From Amoebophrya sp. A120 (lineage: Eukaryota > Protista > Dinoflagellata), in assembly GCA_905178155.1 (NCBI GenBank), contig CAJINV010000002.1, forward strand, positions 11,410,591-11,474,590: a stretch of DNA of 64,000 nt. The letters run 5' to 3'. Both the position numbers and the translations under genes were made by a program. Below the pieces are notes generated by a model. That model did no database searches. It saw nothing but the letters and a program-made list of their open reading frames with translations, and was not told where the DNA came from. Shown piece by piece: positions 48,502-62,600 of this stretch (position 1 is its first letter; every line of letters starts with the position of its first letter).

Positions 48502-50373
48502 CTTGACGGACGCTCTACTGCTCGCAGCTCTTTACTTGTCGTAATTGAGACTTATCTGCTCCTGGTGGTGCAAGTTCAAGCTGTCGTGCGGAAACGAAAC
48601 TTCTTCTTCTGCTGGATCGCAGGAAATAGAGTTAGAGTGAGTAATGGGAATGCCCTCGGTGCCGCGGTCGCTGCTGCACTTATCGTCTCTGTGGATCAGC
48701 TTGGTGTTCTGCTGTAGGGTCTGGACGTATTCGGAGTTCAATTTTGTACAGTCGGTTTCTCGGTAGCACAACTTAAAGAACGGTGGTCTCCTTGTACTAC
48801 AACAGTTCGTGACTTCTGCCGTCACAGGCCGAAGACGTACACTCTAGCGCTGGGCGCCGCCACGAAAGGATTCTCGTCGTAGACTTCGGCCGTGTCGTTT
48901 TTCTCCTAGACTGCTGTAGTTACTTGGCTGTTGAGTACGCTTTGCCGCGACCCACACGTCGCTCTGACGTTCTCACCGGCGAGTACCGACTACACTACAC
49001 GGTTAGGCGAAAGCTTGGATGTCCAAAAACCGCTGGTACACCGGCGTTACGAAAAAGCTGCCAACCCGTGGACGGATGGAGAGGTATTTCAACTGCTCGT
49101 TGGTACCTCTATACCCGATAGGTTGAGGCGCCCTGTGTTCGTTCCCGCTCTTGTGTTGTCGAAAAATGAACAAGGAAATCTTTGTCAGTTTGTATCGAAA
49201 AGAGATAGTTCTGTAAAAAGTATTGTACAAGATGAAGAAGTGTGGTAGAAGGTGTTAGAAACCAAATGTAGAAGTAAAGTAGCCGTGACCCATAGAATGA
49301 CGTAAAAGTTTCGTTCGTCGATACAAAGCAAAGTTCTAGAAGAAAAGTTACGGGCTCTAACTACACTGTGTAAAACTCTACTTCTACTCCCCAAAAAGAA
49401 ACTCAATTATGGCTGCTAGTTCTCCGATATTAACCCGATGCAATGCCCACAAAAAAGATTGTGCTTATCTCAATTCAATTCTTACCTTTGGCTTTGTTGC
49501 TGTCTACGCGCTTTACAGTTACGAAAAGCAAAAAACCAGCCTGCCGCCTACGGTAATGGCAAACATCAAATATTTCATCTTCTGCTTCCTTAGTGGTGCT
49601 ATTCTTCCGGGCTCTTCAAAACGACAATCCTACGAGAACCGTACGACTCCGAGTTGCTCTGGCTCTCTCACACACAGACGAAATGAACGAGCCCCACTGA
49701 CCAGGATGATCGATAAACAGGTACTTAAGCAAATCCGAACTTTAAACTTTACGAAGAGCGTGCACTTTGCAAAACTTTCCGCACTAATTATGTATCTCAG
49801 TGATACGACCGCTCACCGACCCAGCACTCTTCACGACGGTGGTATCAAGATCAAGAAGACAGAACTATTTTCCCCTGCAGCTGCACAGTGAAGAAACAAA
49901 AAGGTGCTCGACCATAATCGAATGTAAGTATTACGTACCACGAGGAAAAACACAGTGTACCAAGTATACGAGCTGATGTCTTTCTGCGCCCACAGCCGAA
50001 ATCAGTTAATTTCCTATCCGGCAGGATTCGGCAGTGGTCAGGAAAATCATTGCAAGTTTCAATTTGGATCAAGCGCGAGCACGACAAGAAATACACACCA
50101 TTTTGCCCTTGTTTTTGATGATCTTTGTCACCAATTTTCAAAGTCAAAAATATGGTCAAAAGTCCTGTAAAGTGTTTGTCTTCAACGTCTTTGGCTGAAT
50201 TCAAATTGTTTTCAGTTGATCAAGAAGAGTTTTTTAGTTCATCTTTTCGCGAAATAAGTTTAATAGTCACTGGTAAAGGTATTGTCCTCGTCTTTTGTTG
50301 ACAAGCTTTGTTGTTGTAAAAGGTATCTGTGCTTACAGCATGCATTTGGTGCGCCAAGCTGCATCGTAAAAAC

Positions 50374-51505
50374 TCATCTCCGCCCGCTGGCCTGCCCACG
50401 GTTGGGCGCTTTCTGCAACTGGAGCAGGAGACTAGGGTTCTTCACTTTCACCAAGGCGTTGACGTCCTGTATTGGTTTTTCCTTTTGCTGCTGCTAAACA
50501 AAATCCCGAAGATCATAGATCATGTTGCATAAATTCGAAAACCAACAAAGACGTCTGTCACAATCGCTTTCACGACGACGAGAAGTACTAGTAGACACTT
50601 CAGAATGTGAATGAATACCTGTAGCCTAGCTTGCATCAAGCTGAGCTTTGTCTTGACGGAGTTGTACCGGAAGGAGATCTGCTGTCGGACTACTTCCTCC
50701 GGAGAGGCGACGAAATCGCAGGATAAGAGCTCGACGAACTTGTATTCCATGTTCTGGATGAAGTCCAATCGAGCGTGCCCGTCTCGCTGCATCACGAATA
50801 CTGCGAGGAAGCTGTGAAACAATGGTGAGTCATGTCTTTGTTTTATGTGTCTTGTTCTCACCATAAGCTGGTACATCAGATCGAGCAGCTACGTCAGACT
50901 GTTTCAAGCACAAGGCGGTGAAGTGAATTCATCTTCGTAGTCAAAGTCACTACCTATGTGGCTCCTTGATGCAGTTGTTGAGCATTTTTATCACCACGGA
51001 GCAGTAGTCGGGGAAGTCAATCATCAATTTCTGACTTTCCTGCATTTGCCGGAACCCCTGCTCGTCGACCGAGTGCGTATAGTGGAAAAACAAGTCGTTT
51101 TCGGAAGTGAGCTCAATCCTTATGTGGTTTGGTTGCTGCTCGTCGCCCTGAATTGCAATTTTTACGGCTTATTGTGTCTCAAACTCGAGCGGTTTCCATT
51201 TAATTTTTGTGCGCATCAAAAGGCGGTACCAACTCCGAACTTTTTTCTTTTCTTGGACTCCGGACGATGACAAACATACCAGGTCTCCTGGCGCAACATT
51301 GCTTTGGAATTGCATATGGATTCTCATTCTTTGAAACTTTAGTACCAAGCGAAAAAAAACCTGATACCAAGAGTAATATCTTGCATTTTATTGCTTCCAG
51401 CGTGCCTACTTCCTGCGGACCGGTATCTGCGTCCTGTACTCGTAACTCGAAAGGGCATTCCCGGTCATACGTTACTCGGTGTCCTTCCGTCAGGCTGGGG
51501 TCCAT
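50374..51505 (-). CDS. SAS6L: SAS-6-like protein (SAS6L-type head domain with a short coiled coil)
   Basis: YDRECPFELRVQ…EVGTLEAIKCKILL|GDEQQPNHIRIELTSENDLFFHY…QKLMIDF…FLAVFVM…FIQNMEYKFVELLS…DVNALVKVKNPSLLLQ. Three GT-AG introns; start uncertain. Confidence 0.8.
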
Positions 51506-52788
51506 CTCCTCTATTGCGGTAAAATCGAACGAGTCGAGGAAGCTGGTATCAATTTTTGTGATTTGATTTGAAAAATTTCGGTCATCTCGCAGGCACTGAC
51601 TTCTACATCACACACTTCAACAAATATTTTCCAGCATCTTCCGACGTTCACACAAATAACAAGGGCGAAGGTGAAAACCAGGACTCACATTATACCTCTT
51701 GGACGTATCCAAGTAGGCATCCCCCATCTTGTCTGTCCTGCGGTGTAACTAGTACTAAACTGATTTGTTTTCTGAATACTCTGTTGCTTCCGTAGCTGCA
51801 TGTTTTTCAATCATTCGTCGTATCACGGTGGAGGGAAAAGGATAAGGAGGGTTGACATGGAGAAATATACGAGTGAAAGAAAACTGCACGTGGTTGTGGT
51901 ACTGCACTCGGATTAGTGCTACTCGACACGTCGATGCATCGCAAGCGAACAAACCTCTACTTATCATCGAGAACCGAACCGAAAACAACACGACGAAAAC
52001 TTTTGACACTCGCACCAGCAAACTGTTTCAAACTACAATGCTGGCAGTCGACGATTTTCTTGCCTAGTTTGGCGGTCCTACTTCATTTTTAATACTACCC
52101 CTCAAGAAGTTGTATGCAAACCACGAGACGACGAAAGACAAAGTGGAGTGAGACATCCTCGTTCTGGTCCGTGGTCGTGCGTCTTTACGTTCATCTTTGC
52201 TGCTCTACTGGGTAATGAACACAATGCGTCCTCGTCGTCGTTTGCGCCGACAATGTCAAAAGTAGTATAGATCGAGCCGCTCTGTGCGCGCTTTTCTTTG
52301 TTACGCTGATGCGCGAGCAACATTTTCTTTGAGCTCGCCTTCCGTGGTCTCCCCTTACTTCGCAACACATGAGAAAATTTTTCCACACCAGTCTCATCCG
52401 CCTCCGCTTCTATCGAGGAAGTGGCAGATAAAGATCCTTGTTGTAATATAATTGTCACGAGTTCGCGCGGTGCCTACCAGCAATCGCGCAGCCATACAGC
52501 GCATGTTTTAGCAAAATACTGGATCATGTCAAGTGGATGGCCCTGGCCTTGTTCGACGCTGCTGAAACCGTTGTTCACACGAAACATCGTTGCGGTTTTA
52601 ACAATGTCGCACAAGACGTGGCAACCTCCGTCGCGAGATCGACTGCCAATTCTTTGTAGGAGTTGCTGCTCTTCCAGGGAGCGGCACAGCAAACACGTGG
52701 TCGTGGGACGGTTTCGTTCGGTGAAACAAACTGTGATGCCGTAGTGAAGGATCTTCGCCAGCAGAAAACAGGTCGCTTGGAAAAAAGG

Positions 52789-55700
52789 TCATGGCGTGAC
52801 TTTTTTCGCCCCCCGCTTCGCCGGCTTGTTGTCCTTTTCAGCGTCAGAGTCGCTGTCGTCGCCGCGTTTCCGCTTTTTTCGTCCCCGCTTCTCTTTCTCC
52901 TTGTCCTTCTCTTCTTTCTCTCTTTTCTTCTCTTCCGCGGCCCTCTTCTTGTCCGCGGCCGCCTTTTCGCGCTTGTTCTTCTTCTCTTTCTCGGCGGTCA
53001 GGAAATCCGCGCACATGGAGACCATGTTCTTCTCGCCACTGATTTTGTCCTTTTTCATGGTATCCGTAATGAAGTGCTTCTATCAAATGTAAAAGTGTCT
53101 GGGTCTGGAAGAGTCATGCTGTTTTTGCATGACACAGAAGGTCTGGCATGGAAGCTCTAGCATTACAGGTTTCGCGAAGCAGTCGCAATGCCGAATCCGC
53201 ATGACAAATCCCTGATTTTGGTGACAGAAAGTGGGCAACTTTTGCTGCCCATGCATGAGAGATTTTTCTGTGTTCTGAAATGCGCATCACAAGTTTCAAC
53301 CTTCCAGACCCAGACATTTTTACATTTGATAGCTTCAGCGTGTTGGCCTGGTGCCTCCGCGGGTCCTGCGCCGACGCGTCCTTGAAGTCGTACCTGAGAC
53401 ACAGCGCCTTCCACTCTTCGTCGCAGATTTTCTTCTTCACCAGATGCCGCACCAGCGCGCCGAGCGTCTGCTGGTCCTCCCAAAGCGAGTCTGGGAAAAT
53501 TGCTTTGTCCAAATCGGGGAGGCCGGACTGTGCAAAAGCGGCGGAATTCGGACCGTGGTCTTGGTCGTCGTCACCGCTGCTAAAAGGCTTCAAATCTTGC
53601 TGCTTCTCAGACGCAGGAACGAAACCAGGATCGTCGCCAGAGTTGATGGGAACGACCCTGTGGTATCCGATCGAAGATGAATTCAAATTTGCACTTCACA
53701 CACATAGCAGCAAACGGGTGCCCAATTCTGCGTCCTGACACAGAACAATATATATGATATCGTTGATTGCGGTCGTGCACCGGCGAAATAAGTATATAAA
53801 ACGACAAAACTAACGTCGTTTAAGATTCTGTACCTGTCAGACGTGGAGAAGATCAATCCGTTCTTCACGAGCATGCCTGAAATTGGATCCAAAACCGCAG
53901 CGTCGTCATTCTCGATGGGCGGGGGTAGTTCGCCGGGGCCAGCAACGACTTTGGTGCCGATACCCGTTTCGCCGAGCTTTGTTGCGAGACCTGTGGTAAG
54001 ACCGAGTAGGTAGTTCAAGTTGTGACTCGCAGCCGCTATTCGCTTCCAGGGGGTCAGTGTGAGCTACTGGTACAACAAAAGTGGCAAGACCAAAACAAAA
54101 CACAAAATGATCATGCAAAGCCAATAAATGTGGCCACACAACTGTACTTCATCAATCGCCAAACCATGTCGTATACCTCTGGTTGGCGCCTTCAACCCCT
54201 TCGCGATCAGTGTGTTGCACAGATCATTGTCGATCCAGTCTTGGATGCTCATATTTCTCGTTGCGGCGTTAGATTTGTACACAAACAGCTGCCCATCCCG
54301 TGCCTGCAACGTGACTTCGATGCCGCATATCATCCAGGAGTCGTCCATCTGGGGAACTTTCGTGAGTTCCAACACGGAGTCTTTCAGGCCCCAGGATTCG
54401 TTCTCGTTCAGATACTTCAAAAAGACCTCGCGTACGAGCAAGTCCACGATGTTCTGCGGTGAAAAGTCGTTCAACTCCGCCTTCGTCATGTACTTCGGGC
54501 GCTGCTGCTGCAGCTGCTCCTGTTGCGCCAGTTGCGAGGCGAGGTGCGGGGGTATCGCCTTGGACTGCAAGGGGGGCTGTACGCCGGTAGAAGATGCCGA
54601 GGGGTGAAACGATCCGGGCGGCGGCTGGGCCAATCCTGGAGGTGCGGCGCCGGGTGGTATCTGCGGATATCCGGGCACCATTCCCATCTGCCCAGGGACA
54701 AGTCCAAAACCGCCCTTCGCGCCGGGCAGACCGCGATAGCCTGGGGGAAAACCGCCGCCAAAGCCACCGGGAGGCACTGCCATGCCCGGCGGTATCATCA
54801 TGCCGCCCTTGAACCCCGGTGGCGGTATACCGCCTTTGAACGGCTTCCCCGGGCCCTTCGTGCCGTCGGGTTGGATGTACAGTGGCATTTCGCCAGGTGC
54901 CATCCCGGGCGGCGGACCAATGATTTGCCCATGGCCGAAGACCGCCGGGTGGGATCCGAACGGCGCGGGATGCGTCCCTGCAGGCGCGTTCGGGTTGTTC
55001 GTAGCAGAGGCTGCGCCGGGATTGTTCGCCCCCACGGTGCCGGGAGCTCCGGCTGCAGAGGGGTCCTGTGGCGGAGGACGTCGGACCTTAATGATGCTGG
55101 AGCCCTCCATGCGGCTGAGCTCGATGAGTCCGTAGTGACTGAAAACTTTTAGGATGGGAGGGAGGCTGAGAACGTGGTGTGGGCAAAACCAACGGTCCTG
55201 TGAGTGAGAGATGAGAGAGTGGGGTCTTTCTCTTTCGATCATAAGAAATAAAAATAATTCAAGTGAAGAACATTGTTGCAGCAAATAGTGTCAGCACAAA
55301 AACGATCGCTATTGAAACAAAGTGAAACAGAACAAACAAAAGCTATGTGTAAGCAGGTCCTTAAAGCTGCATGCTCACGGGAGTACCTGCATGAACGTTT
55401 CCACGAACTGGAGCAGAACCTGCTCCAGGTCGCGAATCACCAAGTCAGATGGCACCCAGCCCTTGTCTGGCGGGTCGCCTGCTGCCATTGGGGGCAATAG
55501 TGTGGACGTGGGCATGTCCTTCTCCCGTTCATCCTTGCTCTTCCCAATGGCCGACTGATCCTTCTTGCCCTCCGTCGGTTCAAACTTTTTCTTGAACAAG
55601 GGCAGCAAATGGCTGTAGACGTCCAGATTGCCCGGCTTTTCAACCAGATTCGTGATCAGCTCCTTGTTCAGCGTCTCTATCCGCGACTTCAGCCATGCAG

Positions 55701-57129
55701 CTATTTTGAATAGATTTTTTGATATAAATCCAAGTTCATTTCCATTCGAACATCTTTGTTTGAAGTATCGTGGTCAAAGATGAAGTTTTTCGGCAATGCA
55801 CTTGCTGCTTCGGTGTCGCTTGAATCCACCGACATGATCCACCCATGGAACAAAAGTAGACCATCGTCGAAGAAAGCAAAAAAAAGGCTCAGTACCCATG
55901 ACCATATTCCCGTTGACATTGAAGAATCGGTGCTGCAGGTCGTAGGCTTGCCTGCGCAGAATCGGATTTGCGACGCAGAGCCACGCGTTGGTCCCCTTGC
56001 CGTCCAACACTAGATGGACTGCTAGGGAAATGGCGATCAGAAACCGCTCCCGCGCCACCTTGTCGGTGATCGCGCGGTACAGGGGGCAGTTCTTCGACTT
56101 TAGGCAGAGGAGAAACAAGTCGCCGAGGACGTGGGGCGTCGCGGGATACTTGGGCACGTGCTTCAGCCAACTGTTCAGTTGGGACGTCGTGAACACGATC
56201 TCCTTCTCGACATACTCCCTTGCGGGTGCGATGCGCTGCACGATTTCCCGTTGCACCGTCAGGTTTACCACGTACGTTTTCGCGAGGATGTCCTTGGTGA
56301 AGGTCGTCTGGTCATCCTTGCCCAAGACGCTCCATACCTGAGTATACGTTCCAGAGAAAGACCTGCAACTACAACTATGTAGTGTACGAGCAAACTAAAA
56401 GAAGAAAAGCTTCGATATAGCATCTATAAGGAAGAGAACAAGCTGCATGCAAAAGCGATCTTCATGTGATGAAGGTGATGAAACAGCGATACATTCATCA
56501 ATACACGACACAGTACACGCTGCTCCTATGGTCGGTATTATTTTTTATTTTCCAATATGAGATACCTGCGTAAAAGCCGCTCCCTCTATCTCCTTCAACG
56601 CTTTTGAGGTGGTGGTGTGGTCTGGCAAGTAGTCCTTCAGACTCAGCTGCGCATTCGTTTGCGCAGCCGCCAGAAACCCGGCCATGAGATCGTTCTTGTC
56701 TGCCTTTGGGTTCATGTGGTATTCATCCGGCACATCGGTGTCAAAGTCCATCCTGTCGAGAACCTTTTGCACGCACCTACGCGCTTTCTCATGCGTTTCC
56801 GGCATGTCCTTCCCTTTGATCAGAAACGAGACCAAACAGTCGAGGTAGGGAACTTGAGTTATTGGGTCAAACTTTGCGTGCAGATGCTTGTCCAATTCCT
56901 GCGCAAATTCGAGCTTCTTCACATCCTTCACCTGTGCGAGGGTTCGCGAGAAGTTGCTGGAAAAGAATTCTTTGAATAAGACCTCCTGTTGCGAATTCGG
57001 ATTTGCGGTGCCGGTGGAGCTGGAGCTAACCTGCTCCACATCCATGTCGTCAGGTCCCACGAAATCCGCGAGCTTCCCGAGCTTCTTGCGGAAGACGTGC
57101 ACCTGCGACTCTGCCATTGCCATCGCCAT
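52789..57129 (-). CDS. Large multi-exon hypothetical protein with a Pro/Gly-rich segment and Lys-rich C-terminus (probably nuclear)
   Basis: ORFs 56545..57129, 55774..56325, 55375..55608, 54064..55284, 53683..54018, 53114..53686 and 52789..53058 can be joined in frame by GT-AG introns, one probable GC-AG intron and one introner. Confidence 0.65.
53081..53331. mobile_element. Introner/MITE-like element, TIR family B (251 bp), TSD GCTTC
   Basis: gcttc|TATCAAATGTAAAAGTGTCTGGGTCTGGAAG…CTTCCAGACCCAGACATTTTTACATTTGATA|gcttc. Removal gives ANTLK|HFITDTMKKDK. Confidence 0.95.
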
Positions 57130-57894
57130 CTTGTCGTTGTCGCGGTGGGTTCTTATATATAGTCAGGGGGTGAGAAGGTCAGACGTTTAAAAGAACCTTC
57201 ACCTCAACACAGATAAACAGAGGCTAGTGCTGACATCAGGCGAGGAGTCTTCATGTTCGAGGTTGGAGGTTCGTCTTCAACTCTAATAAAGAAAGGTACT
57301 TATATTGTATTTCAACTTCTATGTTCTTTTGTGTACCTTTTGTCGCTTTCTTTGTGTGTGGTCGCTGTTATTTGATGTAGTAGATGAAAATACTTAGTCA
57401 ACAAGTTTGCGTCACATCATCGCTAAGAGCCATTTGAAGTGAAGTCTTCAAGTGCAGCTGACCATGAATTCACGGGGAGAAAACCATGATCTTGTGCTGT
57501 GGTTCAAGATAAGATCTTTGCCAAGACTTTTTGCACTTGTTCGGATATTAAACGCAAAGAAAAGAGGAACTCACACGGATACAACTACCATTTGCGTCTG
57601 CGATCCTTATTTGATAGAAAAATTTGCCTTCCTGCCTGTGTTGTAGAGGTAAAAACGGACGCTCGAACAATTCACTATGCATATGCATTCCAAATTCATC
57701 TTTCAGCTAAGTAGCATGGAGGACAGACGCTGTTTTGATGGATCTGCTCAACTACGGCGAAGATCGTCAAATATTTGTGTGGAAGGGCACTTTTAGCTAA
57801 ATCATTTTGATCTTTTACCCTTCCAAATTCTATGTGACAGCGATTATATGCAACGTAAGTATGCGATCGACAGCAGTCCATTTTTCTCTGAACC

Positions 57895-59185
57895 ATCTAT
57901 GATGTCTCGAGTCATTCCATGTGCTCAAACCCATCGAGTTTCATAACTTCTCGCTGCAGACTGCTAATTTTTGGGTTGGACCAAGAACTGTCCCCGAGAA
58001 GAATGCGCGGCCCATGACGCGCATGTTCACTCCCCTCGGGGTAACGACCCCGAGATAAAACCGAAAACCAGGATGAGAAATGACGCTTCTCTACGAGATG
58101 AGAAATGACGCTCTGCCTGGGCAAGCAACGCCAGCCCGCCCCCTTGCCTGTGCCGGGGGGCGGCCGCTTTCCGCTTTCCGACCGGCATGGCGCGCCCCGG
58201 CGACACATCTGCCCCTCCACCCGCGCGGGCTGGCCGCCTGCCAGCGTGCCGGCCGAGAGGCTGCGCTGGTTCAGTCACAGGCAGACGAAGGCGACCCGGG
58301 TCCGCCTCTGTCTCCAGGGCGCCCAACTTGACGCGTCTCCCTTTCGGCTGTTGCAGGTTGTGCTGGGCTGCAGGAAGGTGACTGGCCACGCCGGGCAAAT
58401 ACAGAGGGCCTGCCTTCATCTTGTTTTCGCTAAACTGGAAAAACAGAACGAAGGGCCCCAAGAAGAAGCCCAGAACAGGAACACAAAAAGACCGCGAAAA
58501 AAGCTGCCCCGCGAAAAAAGACCGCGAAAAAAGCCTTCGATGAACAAGTCGGGCGACGGCGGAGGGCCGTCGTTGCAAATGAAATTTTCCACCTGATCCA
58601 AGTACTCCTGCTCCTTCTTTCGACACTTCTTAATGGTCTTCTTCCAGCTTGGAGACCTCGTTCTGCGGGCAGAACGGGTCGATGGACCGAATTTTTGACG
58701 TCTGGGACTCTGGAAAACGCCGAACAACGGTAGTCCAACCGAGGTCCCGACACTGCTGGAAGGTATAGGGCCCCTGCAGTGAAGCTGCTCCCAAAGATGG
58801 GCCCCACAGGAACTCCAGCATCTTGTTGGAGAAAACCGCCTGCGCTGTGGGGCTGTCGCTGAGCTTGTCGAACAGCGGGGTCCAGCCGAGCCACTGGAAA
58901 GCGGCTTGCGGGGCGAAGGCGTAGGAATCCTGATCCACCGGAATCACGTACGGCTCAACCGTTTCCAGCAACGAGGTGGTCCAGCAGTGCAACGCCTCCC
59001 GCTCCCCCCAATTCGGAGGGGAGGCCTGCGGCCCATAAACGTGGAGATTGTTGGGCAAAGAGTCCAGCGGCTTGGGCTCCGGCCGCTTCTTTGAACTGTC
59101 CGGCCAATAATCCGGCGCCCCGCAGGCTAGAACACACTATCTATGATGTCTCGAGTCATTCCATGTGCTCAAACCCATCGAGTTT
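57895..59185. mobile_element. GC-rich 1197-bp insertion bounded by a perfect 47-bp direct repeat
   Basis: ATCTATGATGTCTCGAGTCATTCCATGTGCTCAAACCCATCGAGTTT occurs at 57895-57941 and 59139-59185. The interior is visibly GC-richer than the flanks. Confidence 0.7.
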
Positions 59186-59646
59186 AAAAAGCCTGCGATG
59201 CGAGTCAAACTCTATACTCATTTGAACCCTTCTCGAAATGGCAATTCGATTTGAAGGTGTTGCTGCTAAGTACTTTTCATCTAGATCTTCTTGTATTGGT
59301 CAGTAAAGAGGTTTCAACACTGATTGGTCTTTTGTTTCGGAATTCTCAAAAAATAACGTGTTCTTCCTAGTTTTGTTCTCAAAAAGTAAATCGATAGCAA
59401 GCGAGAGCGAGTAAACACCAGAATTGCAAACTGTACCATAAGCCTAAATTCGTGCCGAGGTACAACCAAAGGAATGGAAGGCAATGAATCTAACCAGGAA
59501 GGCACTCGCAGGCTCTCCCGGCCAGAGGTCGGCTTGCCAATTCTGCTGCAACTTGTGGTGCATCCAGTTGTTTGTTCTGTACTTATAGTATTGATTCAAC
59601 ATCAAAAAATTTTTTTCGTTTCGAATCAGAGACTTTCTCGAGCACC

Positions 59647-62600
59647 TCAGTTGTTCTTAGCTGCGGAAATCTCCTCGCGCAGAGCGTCGTACAGCTTCCG
59701 TCCCTTCCGCGCACAGCCAAGCAGCTGCACAAACCGCTGCTCAGGCATTCGCACCAGCATATGACCCGTGGTTCCGGCTGGGAGCAGGCTTGAAGCTTCG
59801 GGGCCGCAGATCTGAATGAAGACGTTCAGAAAATTTTTTGAAGAGTTCAACGAAGTGGTACTGTGTTATCGAAAAAGCAGCTAGACGAGCTTGCTAGCCC
59901 TGTTGCAAAAAAACGAAGCTAACGTGTACATGTTGTCAACTCAACAACATCATAGCGCAAAAAATACAGACTGCAGCCACGCCTGCACGTGCTTCACATC
60001 CCATTTCTGCGGGGGGATGGCGCGCTTCACGGGGTCAGGATTGACGAATTTTTCTAGTTCCGTTTGCTTTAGTATCCTGGTGTAGATGCCCGGCCGTCCA
60101 GTAAGGGCGAACCCGGTTCGCAGGGTAGAAATGCTGTGTTCTGTGTCCGTTGCGCAGGGACTGACCGTACAAAAGATGCACAACTGCCCGTTGTCCTGAA
60201 AGGCATCGGCAAGGAGCTTCGTGAGGCAGGAAGCGCGGTAGACGTGCGTGGGGACAAGGTTCGTGTCCGCTTTGTGACGGATACCTTAATTTTTTCTTTT
60301 TGTGACGTGGAAGTTCTTCGTCTTCCATCTCGTGGCCCCGGTGCATCAACGATGCACCTCTCCTATCAAGTTTAGTGAGTAGGAGAGCTAGTTCCAGTAG
60401 TAGTGTTCATTATGCAAAAAAGCAAAAGCCATAACAAAAATGAAAGAATGCGAAAGCAGAGCAGCGTACATTCCTTCAGCGCGTGCAAGCTCGCGTTGAT
60501 CTGGGCTCCTTCCTGCTGTCGTTCGCGCGTATGGTATATGGATTGCAAAAATGTCTGGGTCTGGAACATAGCAACTTGTCATGCTACATCTGAATCATGC
60601 AAGAATCTGTGTTGCATGAGTACCAAAAGCCGTCCATTTGTGATCCGGTTGAGAGGGAATTTCTCATGCAGAATAAGCATGATAGAAGTGAAGAGATCTC
60701 ACAGAATCTGTCATGCTAGGTCCTGCATTCCAGATCTCATGGGTCATGGAAAACCTGCATTACAAGTTGCGTATTCTTCCAGACCCAGACATATTTGCAG
60801 TTGATATGGTACATGGAGTCCTTCCGCCTTTCGGTGCCGGCGCAATCGACCAAAACCAGCTTTCCCCCGTTGTCCAAGCGGATCAAGCACAGGGCGTGCG
60901 ATCGCGACGAGGTGTCGTTGGCGTCCGTGGATTCCGTCCGTCTCCGGTGGTGCCCGATCTGCATGCAGGCGCGGAGCTCCGTAGCAGCGGAGCACTCAAG
61001 TTCGTACGCATCTTGGATCACGTACCTATCATTTTCGTGGCCCGGACCCCTCTTCTGTGAAAAAAATGAAGAGATACAACTTTTGTGAAAGCTATGATCG
61101 AAAATAAAGGTGGTCCCCCGAGCGACTTTTGTGCATTTGCGTTGGCTTGTTCGCATCAGGCCATAAATCGCCGCAGATGCTCTCTTTTTATCTCGTGAAT
61201 CAGACCTTTCTTAGGTTCTTAAAAAAGGAAATCAGGTCGTAATCGTAATGAAAACCGATAGTACTTTCCGCTCGCGACCTCTCGGAGTTTGACCTCCTTT
61301 TCCCCGGTTTCGTGCAGCAGATCAAAGACCCTGTTGTTCCGCACCTCCAAAAATTGGATCGCGGCTTTGCTTGAATGCTCGAAGACGTGCTTCGCGGCAC
61401 GCGATTCGATAGCGGTCATGGTGTAGGTTTTTCCGCTACCGGTTTGGCCCAGCATGAACATCGTGCTGATGTTGCCCTTGCACGCGTGCTCCACGAGGTG
61501 GAAGGCGGCTTCGCGGTAGACCTGTTTTGAGAATTTGAGAAGGCGGAACAGTAGGAGTAGCATTGACAAACGCAAACACACAGCAACATCAACATCAAGT
61601 CAGGTTCCTTACACTCGTGAGGTAGAACAGCAACAGCAACACGTATTCTTACTAGGTTGACGTTCTGAAACAACAAAAACAAAAAAATCCTTCTGCTTGT
61701 GTCAATACCCACTCATTGGTTGCGTTTTCGTCAAAGCACATGTCCAAGTGGAAACTGTTGTGCTGCACAAACTGGGTTTTTAAGTCCGCATGATAGAGGC
61801 AATTGTGGACGTCCACATGTCCCGGGTGCACGGTCACCGTGTCGAAGTCCTGGCTTCGGATGTCCTTCTCAAACATGGGCCGTTTCCGAACAAAAACCTG
61901 TGATCGTGTAGTTTTTGTTTTACTTGTCATTATAGACTGAACGCCAAACAACATCATCGATGGATCTATCAAAGTTGTTGGGGGGGGGAAAGTTATGGTC
62001 TGCGAAAGAAGCAAGTTTTCTGCAGAGAAGCGCCACTACTTGCGACGTCACCTTCTTTACAACAACTCGAAGTCTCACAACTTCAAACCCCCCTCTGAGA
62101 CTGAGTCTTATTTCGCTTTCGCCGCACACGAATCACTCTCGACAGAAATCGGCAGTACCTTCACGGACGCGCTCCCCTTGAACGGCGGCAAACTGTCTTG
62201 CGGCGGCGGTGCTATTTCGGGCAGTCCACCCTGCCGCACCTTGTCAATGACTGCTTGGAAGAGTTTGCCGCCCTTTTCCGTGCGCAGCGTGTTCTTGTCG
62301 AACATTTGGCGGAAGCTGCGCTCGTCGTCGTCGTTGGCGCCGCCAGGTGGCGGTCCCTTTCCGCGCGTCGAGCCTGGATTTTGCAGGTTGATCGTCCCCT
62401 ATCCTGAGTAAAAACATCCCCACACCAGAGTCAAGATGGGGATTTTGCAACACAAACCTAGAACTTTTGGGGGTCACGCATCACAAGCTGCAGTCCGTAG
62501 TGTAGTGCAGGTTCGCAAGGCCAGCTGCATCAGAAATCCATCTGCTCATCCTGTTTACAGCATTACAAATTCCAAAACACGACTAAAAATGCCTCTCCTG

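Noticed and set aside
57895-57941. 47-bp repeat as a tRNA or snoRNA integration site
   Set aside because: I see no cloverleaf, T-loop or convincing C/D box pair; an Infernal/tRNAscan run would be needed to exclude it fully.
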